Of a stretch of DNA of 64,000 nucleotides, positions 16,001 to 26,903 are shown in pieces. The position numbers and the translations under genes are program-made. Source of the DNA: Antedon mediterranea (Eukaryota; Animalia; Echinodermata); assembly GCF_964355755.1 (NCBI RefSeq), contig NC_092676.1, positions 5,867,888-5,931,887 of the forward strand. The letters are read 5' to 3'. The first letter of the stretch is position 1, and the number at the start of each line of letters is the position of its first letter. Below the pieces are notes generated by a model that was given only the letters and a program-made list of their open reading frames with translations, searched no databases and was not told the DNA's origin.

Positions 16001-19000
16001 GCGATGTCACTCCCCTCTGTCGAATCTGCTCTACTATAAGTAGCATGACTATTTCAATAATAATTATTGTAAATTAAAATGTTTCTAAAACGAGTCTTGA
16101 ACCAGCCATGCACTTTGACCCAGGTTGATAGCGACGACCAATAGAAACCGTTACAATTTATAGAGACTGTTTTGTAATTGTAATTTAATAATTACGTTTT
16201 AATAATAATAATAATAATGTTTTGACAGATTACTGATTCTTCGTCATCGCGAAGTGATAACTATTGTGAAATCTCCCGAAGACATTCATGGGTTGCTGAT
16301 AGTAACGAAGTAGTCATAGATTTTCACCGATTTCAAGATTTTCATTTCTACGGAGGCTTCTACTCATTACCAAAAGCACCAGAGTCTGGTAAGATATGAT
16401 GGAAGTTGAATATAATATGCACTTGCGTTACATGGCATGACCTCATTCAGATGAGTAGAAAATTGAAATGGCTACTATCTGGCTTTAGTGAAGATCACAA
16501 CTGTAGCAGTTTCATTTTAATTAATAGTATCTTTCTTTTAGAATGCAACAAAATGTTATTTGAATCCGATTCTGAATTTGAATCAACGAATTATCCGGAA
16601 TTCTACCCGAGCAACATGAAATGCGATATACTGCTTCACACTAGTAAAGAGCTGCGCATACAAGTTGTGTTTAACGTGTTTTGGCTTGAGGAACCAAGCG
16701 GTGACCTGTGCCATGATATACTCTTTGTAAGCATGAATTATTAACATAGTCTAGGCATGGAGGTATACCTCCATGGTCTAGGAAACATTTACTAGGCTAG
16801 CACCAGACACGTTGTTCTTAAGTCTCTATGTACTGTATTTTCCAAGTTTACGTATGTGCCAAAATATTTGTATCTTTTTAGCAATATTTTTAATCCGTCT
16901 ATAACTATTTGTATTTTCTATCTTTACTTCCGCTTTCATAAATAAATCACATAAATATAATGTTACAACACACAATTATTTTTGCAGATATTAGATACAA
17001 CTACTGGTAAAAATGAAACTATTTGTGGGCGTCTTGATCCCTTCTCGTGGACCTCTGAAGGAAATTCACTTATGCTAAAGATACGCACAGACGACACCGT
17101 CAATCGGATTGGTTATCACGCTGATTATACGTTTGTGGAGAGACCAATAGAGGCCGAATGTAAGCTACATAAAATTTAAATTAATTTATATGTCCCACCC
17201 GAGAATTGCTTGCGAGTTTTAGCAATGTACTTCATGAATGTATGACAAAGTACGAAGGATGAAGTAGAGTAGAGCAACACCCTGACGCAAAGCTACTCCA
17301 CAATAGAAGTTACAAACAATTATGACAATCCTGTGTATGCAAAATAAACAATAATCAGAATAAATTATGACGATTCGATTTCAAATTTTGTAAAATAGAT
17401 CAGTTTTAATGACGTCATAGGTCGTAAGTTGTCGCAAAATCTAAATTTCCTATTTCCTGAATTTATTTGTCAAATAAAAAATATCAGAAATTTTCTTTAT
17501 GTACACTACATTATCATATTGACCAGTCGTATCATATTACACACATAAAAAGACACACATAAAAAAAAATTTCAATTTATTTTCAGATTGTAACCAAAGT
17601 TACTTTGATCCAAGCGGTAATTTTGCTTCACCGAATATCGCGGAGAATCGCCAAGAGTACCGCAACAACGTGCTGTGTCGCTACTTTATAAGCGGCAGAC
17701 CGGACGAACGGATATTCATCGACTTTCATTTCTTCGATGTCGAATTGCAAATGCCTTGCGAAAAAGATTACTTGTTGGTAAGATAATGAATAGGTTTCTA
17801 AATATCTCAGGCTCTTTAGTATCGGTTAGTGTAGACTATAGTCTTTAAAATTCGCTTTGGCCTAGGAAAATTACATTAGTGGTGTATCAACAACAATCTT
17901 GCACCAAAACTGACCCAAAATCAACTACCAATAATGATAAAGATTATCAGCCACTGTCGCACTCATTAAGAGGGCCCCTGTTTCGGGTCACCCTCTATAA
18001 ATAAGGTGAAATAAATAAAATACAATCTATGAAATGAGTGAAATATTATTTTTATTCAGATTGAGGACATTGCTTCAGGCAAAACAAACCGAATCTGCGG
18101 GGAGCACGCCCACCTGTCGTGGGAGTCGGATAGCAACGAAGTTAATATAACATTTATTACGGACAACACTCAAGTGTTTGGCGGATTCAATGCTTCGTAT
18201 AAAATGGAGACGAGACACCCAATTTCAAGTAAGACGCTTTGGACATTTTGTAGTATGTAAAATGAAGTGTAACGTAATGTTTACATTACTACTGTACATT
18301 ACACAATCTCGGGATGTGCAAATTAGTTTCAACTGGTCTACATTTTTTTTGCCCGAGTTTAAGCCTGTTTTCCTGTCGACGTTATTCGACGCTATCGTCG
18401 TTGATCGTTAACAGTTCAACGACGATCGTTTGAAAACGACAACGACAGCCAGTACCTTTTCCTGTAAATCGTTAACATTTCAATGTTTACGTAGAAGATT
18501 GCCGATTTTTGTTAACGGTAGCGTCGAATAACGTCGACAGGAAAACAGGCTTTAGACTACAGGCTTAAAAACGGCTTCAATTGACATTCTTTTGAATCAC
18601 TGATTTTACGTGTTTGATATTTTTACCTCATGTTACTAATCTATACCTTTCCCCAGTATGTGACCAGGATTTTCACAAACGAAGCGGTACGTTCACGTCG
18701 CCACGGTATCCGGCCAAGTACCCCAACGACCACGACTGCGTATTCACAATCATTGCGCCTACCGATCATGTCATAGTTGTGACCTTTGACCACTTTAATG
18801 TTGAAGATTCGACCGCGTGCACCGACGATTATGTTGAGGTATTTAGAGTGGTTCTTTGTTTTTTTTAGTATTTATTCACGTCATGTTTCCATTGATTGAT
18901 CGTAGTTAATATTGTGGTCGTAGCTCTAAACAAGTTCGTTTGCCATTTCTGTTATTACTGATTACGAACCCCTCATCCAATCAAAAGGCTACCAGATGGG

Positions 19001-22000
19001 GGTCGACCGGCCGGTCAGTTTTATCGATCATTTGATGCACTTTTTGTATTGATTTTACATTTAAGCAGACGATATTTAATAATTTATAAAGGTATCTAGT
19101 GTTGGCATTGGAAGAAAGCAACGGTTTTGTGGTGAAAAACATGGGTTTGAATGGATATCTGCTAACAATCATGCCGTGTTGACGTTCCATAGTGATCATG
19201 TTGTAACAAAACCTGGCTTTTCTGCGTCATATCGAGTTCAAGAAATTGAAAACCCGTCAGGTATTACATTGTTTATTCTCCTTATATTCGTCTATTTATT
19301 TTTATTTATTTCAATCCAAGATAAATTTTAATACTGAAGCTACTTGTGGATTTTATATGTACTGTATATAATATGTTGTGCATGCAGTAGACTCCTTCTA
19401 TTCAAGAGACACGCTTATTAAAGTGTGGTTCCCACTAGAACGTAACGTAACGCAGCGATGTATCGACGCAAAGTGCTGGATTGCGTAATCACAAGTGGGA
19501 ATCGACGATGCAATGGTGCTGCAAACATCGTAAGTTTGATTTCAAACAGGAAAACACAGTGACTGGAAGGGCATTGTCTTACGTTGCGTAGATTGCGTTC
19601 TGTTGCGTCGCTAGTGGGGACCAAGCTTAAGGAGACACTTTCCCGTGAAACAATGTGTTTTATAACTTCTATTTGGGGATCCCCGGAAGACCCCTTAATA
19701 AATAATCTGTCCTTTAGTAAGAGTTCCACTTTATTATGTAATATATAAGATCTTAACATTTTCTTCGATGGCAGAATGTGGCGATACGAGACTAACTGGT
19801 ACATCCGGGTCATTTACAAGTCCTGGTTTTCCAGAGGTTTATAGAAATAACATAGATTGCAAGTACACTATAATTACCGATCCGGACCGCATCATTATAA
19901 TAATATTTGATACCTTACAACTTGAAGCTGATACGGAATGTCTGCATGATTACGTAGAGGTAAGAGAAAGTATAGTGCTAGGCCCCCCATTGTGTCGAAT
20001 TAATGTTTGGCCTACATAGAAATCGATGGTTGTTTACCCGAATCAATTGTGTAATTCTAAAATGAAATAATTAATAATAGGCCTACTGTCTTAAGTTAAA
20101 GTAGGCACATGATCTAGATAGAATAGAAAGATGTTTTGAATATTATTTTAATATCGTGTAACATATTTTATCAGTTGATAAATTACCCAGAAACCAGTGG
20201 GGTACGACGTTGCAACGAAATTATATCTGGTAATGAAATCTGGACATCGACGAGTAACCACGTGATCGTGAACCTCCATACAGACACCAGCTTGGTGAAC
20301 ACCGGTTTCAGCGCAACGTACACTACGACCGTACAAGTATTCACCCCTACAAAAATAGCCCAAGTAACACGTACGTGGACTATTTTGTTGTTAAGCCAAG
20401 TTAATTGTTAAAACGATCCGGTACAACATTGTCTATTTAAAATGGTTTGTATTACGATCCGACACGGCGTGTGTCCTCTAACAATAGTACCTTATCTACC
20501 CTTAATAAATACGCCTATAAAATAGGTTTGCCACAGTACCTGTACAAAACAAAGCCTTCTGCAACCAGTTTCCCAGGCCCTTCGCACGGTAGCAATATTG
20601 TCGCTGTCATACCCGCCGGCGTCCAACAAAGGCCCCATTAATATGGCAGTTGAAAAATGGCTAAAAAACTAATTTACAATGTGTAATCAAAATCTTCTTT
20701 TTTCACTTTTAGTTGAGCCTTGTCATGATAAACAAGTCGGTGGTATGTTTGACATCATAACCAGTCCTGGATTCCCGGAAAGCTACCCAAGCCTAACCCA
20801 ATGCCAAACACTGATCAGAGTACCAAAGAAACATAAAGTGGTTATAACGCTATTCTTTATGGATATCGAAGAGTACAAAAACTGTGAATGGGACTATGTA
20901 CAGGTACGTACGTAAATAGAAAAATATATTGGCACACATGGCGTGCCATGCATATGCGTGAGCTGGAATCACTATCATCGGCAGTATCTACGCAAGCAGC
21001 GTTCATTTCATTTATTCAGTTAACACACTTTGTTCTTAATGGAGCATGCATATACAACATATGAGTTGATATATTCAACACTGGAGAGAAAATCATTGTT
21101 TTAAAATTTAATTCATTAGAATTAATCGTATCCTTACATTTTTAAAGAGAAACTATCCGTATCAACTTATGAGACAATTTGAGACAGTACAGTAGTAAGT
21201 TTGCACCATGGAGTGCAATATTCTTTCCATCAATCATATATACTAGATGGTACGCTCGCTTCGCTCGCGTACCATCTAGGTCGTGCCCACAGATGGTTCT
21301 CGAATACACAGTAATTTCAGCGTAACAAAACTGGCGATTTCAAATGTACGTACCGCAGGACTATAGGCCTATACATTGTCGTTTACAGAAACGAATAAAT
21401 AGACACGATGATTTATGTAGTCAACTAAAATTAGCACCCTGGGAATTACTTCCGAAGGAGAAACTTATCACAAAATGAGTCCAAGTTTTTGATTTGGACT
21501 CATTTAAAGAAACCCAATTTGTGTTTTGTATGTAACATTAGGGTAGAGAGGGATGGGAAAGCGGATAGGTACAAAGAGGAACAATTTTTAAATATATTCT
21601 TTATCCACTCAGTAACGAAATATTTTTTTCATGTTTTATAGGCCTATAAATAATATACCTCTAAATAAATTTGCGATTTAATACTTTTTTTATTTTATTT
21701 ATTTATTTATTTCTTTTAAATATTCATTGTACACTAATTTTCCCCGTGTATGGCAAGAGATTCCTAATTATATTAGAGAACATTCTTTATTTAGTTTAGT
21801 TAAAACTGTCACTGTCATAATCGATTGAAATATTAAAGTACCATGTCACGATACACCACTACGACGTTTATATTTGGTAATTATTAATTAATACAAACGT
21901 TGAGAAAGAACTGTCAGTATAAAGCTTATTTGTATATAATAATGTGTTTATATATCTAACAGTAGAGCCTATCCACAATCTCGCAAGTTTATTCTCAAAG

Positions 22001-22833
22001 GGCCCATATATTTACCTACCGTATGTGTTAAACCAAGGGCTCATAAATTTACCAACAGTACTTGTGTTAAACCAAACTCTGGCAGACTGAGAGATTGGGA
22101 TGTTCCATTCATCGCAAATCAATAGATTTGTATAATCGTATATTAAATCTATCAAAATAGTATTTTTTAAAGAAAATCGGCCTGTCTTCAACATTATGAT
22201 GGTGTACTCTAGCTGTTCAACCGGTTTTCAGCTATTAAAAACAATTATCGTAGGAGGAGATAGGAAAATGCGAAGCCTCCTCCCATTTTTGTGGCGGGTA
22301 TTTTTCAAGACGGACATCCATTATACAGTGTATACCATGGTCGGAAAACACCCCTATTTGGGGCAAATCTTGGAACCTAAATTCGTTTTAACCGTCAATA
22401 ACTTATTATCTAACTTAATTTAATTAGTAAACAGGGTTACATAAGGTGGTTAAAATCAGTACCGAAAGTACGAACCAACTTTATATACCATCGAGTAAAA
22501 ATTATAGAAGTAAGGCGCGATTTACCGAATTTTGCCCTTACGTAAATTTATATATAGATGTGAATGGATGAGAAAACCATTATAACTTGACTATAATAAA
22601 CGACACATTGCTAACAGGAATTATTTTTGACTTTTCAGTTTACAGATATCGAGACTGAACGTTCTAGTGAGAGGTTATGTGGTTTCATTCATGAGCCGCT
22701 TGTTTGGGAATCGGATTCAAATGAAGTGAGACTGTTTTTCCACACTGATGATATGCTTCAGCGCACCGGATTCTATGGAACCTTTCATGCCGTGGCTATA
22801 GAAGAATTACAACCGTTTATAAAACCATATTAA
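4011..22833 (+). CDS. Secreted 15-CUB-domain protein, paralog A (31 exons, ~1847 aa)
   Basis: Hand-assembled GT-AG exons with consistent phases: 4011-4094 (signal peptide MAREFYALGLKLALVMCLFATRILTQAA), 4500-4769, 5200-5368, 6729-6925, 7280-7439, 8027-8241, 8442-8610, 8845-9026, 9253-9433, 9539-9720, 9974-10148, 10549-10724, 10890-11055, 11894-12096, 12628-12790, 13314-13489, 13967-14138, 14681-14859, 14980-15145, 15385-15548, 16229-16388, 16542-16726, 16988-17159, 17587-17777, 18060-18228, 18657-18838, 19092-19260, 19775-19959, 20175-20370, 20713-20903, 22639-22833 (TAA). Total 5544 nt. Recurrent CUB motifs: C..G.F.SP.YP..YP....C, F.LE...C..DY(V/L), CG.....W.S.SN.V. Confidence 0.9.
5609..5725. 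repeat. 30-bp tandem repeat, ~4 copies (gene A intron 3)
   Basis: Unit tttttaatatcatacgttatctagttcgta. Confidence 0.8.
5811..6692. repeat. 19-bp minisatellite, ~45 copies (gene A intron 3)
   Basis: Unit CCATGGACACACAGATACA with blocks of variants; produces spurious ORFs in several frames. Confidence 0.95.
7506..7812. repeat. 18-bp minisatellite, ~16 copies (gene A intron 5)
   Basis: Unit CATGACGTGATCAACATG. Confidence 0.95.
12204..12335. mobile_element. Degenerate MITE, same family as 15714-15940, opposite orientation
   Basis: Shares agctctgtc, atatcactaccata and tttgtcaaa...gatagtgtaga with that element. Confidence 0.55.
15714..15940. mobile_element. PIF/Harbinger-like MITE with an internal 21-bp tandem expansion
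   Basis: Imperfect TIRs agccccgtctacactat / atggtgcagacagggct; TAA on both sides (15711-15713, 15941-15943); ~6 copies of ATGTCCAAACATGGTAGTGAT. Confidence 0.7.
18362..18551. mobile_element. PIF/Harbinger-like MITE
   Basis: Perfect 33-bp TIR AGCCTGTTTTCCTGTCGACGTTATTCGACGCTA; TTA target duplication on both sides. Confidence 0.8.
19422..19627. mobile_element. PIF/Harbinger-like MITE
   Basis: Imperfect TIRs agtgtggttcccactag / ctagtggggaccaagct; TAA on both sides; related fragments near 1095 and 32080. Confidence 0.65.
21243..21279. other. Perfect 13-bp stem hairpin, probably the end of a Helitron/Helentron-like element
   Basis: CTAGATGGTACGC-tcgcttcgctc-GCGTACCATCTAG in the last intron of gene A. 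The family assignment is inference. Confidence 0.5.
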
Positions 22834-23025
22834 TAGATATAATAAGTCTATTTAGCAGCAACTTCACGTTTCATTCCGTGTCTATAGGCAAATCGCAACA
22901 ATATTTATTAATACAGTCATATTGTAAAGTACAGAACAAGTTATATAAAATTCATATTGTCTATTAATCATATTTTTTAAATCAACATATTCTACCATCA
23001 TCACACAATGTATTTAAATTGGTTG

Positions 23026-23031
23026 AATAAA
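23026..23031 (+). terminator. Candidate polyadenylation signal of gene A
   Basis: AATAAA cluster ~190 bp after the stop, followed by a GT-rich tract. Confidence 0.45.
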
Positions 23032-23929
23032 TAAAATAATTTCAATAAAATGTTGTGATTTCTTTTGTTACTGTTGATTGTATGAATTGGACGAACATTT
23101 AAATTGGCTATATCATTTCATGCGTTTACCATGCCAAATGAATCTGTGACGATACACAAGACGGGTAGCATCCTATGAAGGTGACGTTAAAATAGTTGAA
23201 AGAATGCGTTTGGTTCTTTTACGAAAATGAATGCATTACTGTAGCAGTATTATCAATAGAACATTATTTATGTGACGATATAGAGGGCGCACTACACGTA
23301 CTTACAAAACAATACTAGAACAAGCAGCATAAGTACCTGTAGTGCCGTACTACGGTAGTTACATAGATGGAGTAAACATCGTCTGTCAAATTAAGTAGTG
23401 TAATACTTTTTATTTATACGTATTTTTCAGACGTATTTCATTAATTATAGACATGTATGTGTGACGGTATAGAGGGCGCTCTACACGTACATACGAAAAT
23501 GTTTAAGAGAGCTTGCTATATTGTATGAAGCATTGTATTGTAGTCGTCTGCACGAATTCTTAAAGTTGAACCGACAGCCTGTGTGTATATTTGTGGCGCA
23601 ATTTAATACTGAAAAGTTAATTACAAAAATAATAATGCTGATTATGATAACTGCAATGATTTTGAGGCTTAATAAAAAAAATGTCATCCCTATTATAAGG
23701 GAGTGGAGATATGTGTTTTAACTCTACGGCCACACTCGTCTATAAAGGGGCAATGTGTTGGGTGTTGAAGGTGTCCTACTGGGGGTGCTACTGACGTCGA
23801 TGGTTAGATACTTTTACAATATAATAATAACATGGTTCTCTTCATATAAAGTAGTTGATTTTCTAGCCATGACAACAGGGACATTTCAAAAGATGTAAGT
23901 TTGAGTATCAACTTCAGGAACTACTATCT

Positions 23930-24503
23930 ATGGCACATGTCACACACAATGCAAACAGTAGGCCTAAATCAAATAAGATTCAAGCTGGAATAAAGTTCAT
24001 GAATTCAAACTACTTGGTGCATATATCAACAGTAAATTAACATGCCACTCTCATCTAGATTATGTTTGTAGTAAGGCAAGCAAACTTCTTGGTCTTGTTT
24101 CAAGATGTAGTAAAGCAATGTCTTGGATGGCAATGCTAAATCTTTACAAAGCACTAATACTACCTGTTATTACCTCAATCAACTTGCTAAGGTTTGGAAT
24201 GAGCTACATGAAGATATTAAAAATGTGAACTCTGTAGTCTCGTTTTAAAAAACTGTTAATTCCATGTAGCTTTATTTAAATGTAGTGTATTATTTAATTT
24301 TATAGTTAGTAAGTGTATCCTTGTTTCATTTTATTTCATTGTAATTGTTTTATTATCTGCTTTTGTTTTTTGCTTCTGTAATTGTTTTATTATTTGATTT
24401 GATGTCTGCTTTTTACATTTATTATTGTTGGTGTTTTCCTTTGAGCACGGTCTTACTGAAAAACAACTTTTAGTTGAGTTAAGTATCCGTGATTAAATAA
24501 CGC

Positions 24504-24537
<34 letters not shown>
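23930..24537 (+). mobile_element. Degenerate CR1/L2-type LINE 3' fragment
   Basis: Translates EFKLLGAYINSKLTCHSHLDYVCSKASKLLGLVSR...LNLYKALILP (post-RT region); ends in a (TTA)n tail at ~24503-24537. Confidence 0.7.
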
Positions 24538-24538
<1 letters not shown>

Positions 24539-24758
24539 CACACCAACTCGTACATACCTAATTTTTAATCCTACATTTTAACAGTAACGTGCACTGTATT
24601 TTCTTTATGATTTAAGCCGTAGGCCGCTTCTACATGTCACAATATTAGTAAGAAAACGTACACAGTAATCAGTTTTAATAATACTCTAATATTTCAAATG
24701 ACCTAACTTCTGATTAATAATGAAATGATCCAAATGACCTACCAACCAATCATATGAT

Positions 24759-24900
24759 GATCTGAGTTTTCTAGTTCCATTCTGGAACTAGAAAACTCAG
24801 ATCTTGATATCTGAGTTTTCTAGATCTAGAAAAGTCAGATATCTGAGTTTTCTAGATCTAGAATAGTCAGATATCTGAGTTTTGAGTTTTCTAATTCCAA
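24759..24900. repeat. Cluster of nested palindromes
   Basis: 21-bp perfect stem with a 3-nt loop (24759-24803), then tandem gatatctgagttttctagatctagaaaagtcagatatc-type near-palindromes. Confidence 0.85.
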
Positions 24901-24949
24901 ATGGAACAAGAAAACCCAGATCATCAAATGGGAATCATTCAAATACATT

Positions 24950-25362
24950 GGAAGGCTAAGACCAATACATTTTTAAATTCATCGTTTGTTATTTTCCCTA
25001 GATTATGGGAGAAACTTCCCAATGAAATTAAACAATGTGCTACAATTTTAGACATTAAAGCACAACTCAAGTTCAAGTTCAAGTTTATTGTTTCACTCAA
25101 TACAATACAACAAACATTTGATCTCAAATATTAAGTTGTAATTATTTATATTGTTTATTCAATGCAGCTTATTCTTAATTGGTGATTTGGTGTATACCAC
25201 TATAGCTTTGTTTTGTTTTAAATTAATTTGTACCACTAAGTTTTGTTTTGTATTTTATAATAATGATGGAGTAAGAGCAGTTTTCTGTTTGGGCTCATGC
25301 CTATTACTTGCTCATGGCAAGATGGAATGTAAAACGTACTTTTAAGAACTTTTGCCAAATAA
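24950..25362 (+). mobile_element. LINE ORF2 3' end remnant and 3' UTR
   Basis: KTNTFLNSSFVIFPRLWEKLPNEIKQC resembles the CR1/L2 C-terminus; it runs directly into the microsatellite. Confidence 0.5.
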
Positions 25363-26270
25363 ATATTATTATCATTATTATTGTTATTGTTGTTGTTATT
25401 GTTATTGTTATTGTTGTTATTGTTGTTGTTGTTATTGTTGTTATTGTTGTTGTTATTGTTGTTATTGTTGTTATTGTTGTTGTTATTGTTGTTATTGTTG
25501 TTATTGTTATTGTTGTTATTATTGTTATTGTTGTTATTGTTGTTATTGTTGTTGTTATTGTTGTTATTGTTATTGTTGTTATTGTTGTTGTTATTGTTGT
25601 TATTGTTGTTATTGTTGTTGTTATTGTTGTTATTGTTGTTATTGTTATTGTTGTTATTGTTGTTATTGTTGTTATTGTTGTTGTTATTGTTGTTATTGTT
25701 GTTATTGTTGTTATTGTTGTTGTTATTGTTGTTGTTATTGTTGTTATTGTTGTTGTTATTATTGTTGTTATTGTTATTGTTGTTATTGTTGTTGTTATTG
25801 CTATTGTTGTTATTGTTATTGTTGTTATTGTTGTTGTTATTGTTGTTATTGTTGTTGTTATTGTTGTTATTGTTGTTGTTATTGTTGTTATTATTGTTGT
25901 TATTATTGTTGTTATTGTTATTGTTGTTATTGTTGTTGTTATTGTTGTTGTTGTTGTTGTTATTGTTGTTATTGTTGTTGTTATTGTTGGTATTGTTGTT
26001 GTTGTTATTGTTGTTATTGTTGTTATTGTTGTTATTGTTGTTATTGTTATTGTTGTTGTTATTGTTGTTGTTGTTGTTGTTATTGTTGTTATTGTTGTTG
26101 TTATTGTTGTTGTTGTTTTTATTGTTGTTATTGTTATTGTTGTTATTGTTGTTGTTATTGTTGTTATTGTTGTTGTTGTTATTGTTGTTATTGTTATTGT
26201 TGTTATTGTTATTTTTATTGTTATCGTTATCGTTATCGTTATCGTTATCGTTATCATTATCATTATTATT
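25363..26270. repeat. ~900-bp compound (TTG/TTA)n microsatellite
   Basis: Seen directly; ends in (TTATCG)n. Confidence 0.97.
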
Positions 26271-26465
26271 AATAAAATAATGGGTCTCGCAGGCGTCCCA
26301 TTAATAGAGGTTCTACTCTATTACAATATAATATGTGTGTATTGGATTACACTGTAAACCACTTACCTACGTATTTTTATTTCGTTTTAATAAGTAAGAA
26401 AAGAATTACAATAGAACCAGTATTAGTGGAGGGGGGGGGGGGGAGGGGAGCTATGTGACACCCTT

Positions 26466-26531
26466 AATAGGGGGTTTTCCTCTGAATAGGGGTTTTTCCT
26501 CTGAATAGGGGTTTTTCCTCTGAATAGGGGT
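26466..26531. repeat. 19-bp tandem repeat (3+ copies) after a poly-G run
   Basis: Unit aataggggtttttcctctg. Confidence 0.8.
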
Positions 26532-26769
26532 TGTCTATAGTGTGTTAATATTTCCCCTAGTTTGGGATTGAAAGTGTCCTTAAGGAGGGATCTACTCTAT
26601 TGCTATAATTATTATTCCTTTAGATATAAGGGAAACACATTTTTCAAATATTTAAGCCTACATCAACAAGAACTGTTATGTGCCTAAATCTATACGTTAT
26701 ACACACTCAACCAAAATATGCGATACACATGGAAACGTATTGTACGTTTTATACCGGAACGGCTGCATG

Positions 26770-26822
26770 ATTTGCAAATGGGTTCATCAACGGCATGCAT
26801 GTAAATTAGACAATATGCAAAT
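26770..26822 (+). promoter_or_regulatory. Octamer motif cluster upstream of B1
   Basis: TTGCAAAT (~26772), ATGTAAAT (26799) and exact ATGCAAAT (26815-26822), followed by GGGTGGG and TATTTAA. Equivalent exact octamers at 44630-44637 (B2) and 61979-61986 (B3). Confidence 0.5.
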
Positions 26823-26903
26823 TAGGGTGGGTATTTAATCAACGACAGCCATTTTTCAGGCAAACATCCAATTGCCTCCGCCGTGGTGTTACCGTTATCC
26901 CAG

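Noticed and set aside
25304-26357. Poly-Thr/Ile mucin-like, poly-Leu, poly-Val and Cys/Tyr ORFs of ~300 aa
   Set aside because: A trinucleotide microsatellite that is open in several frames by construction.
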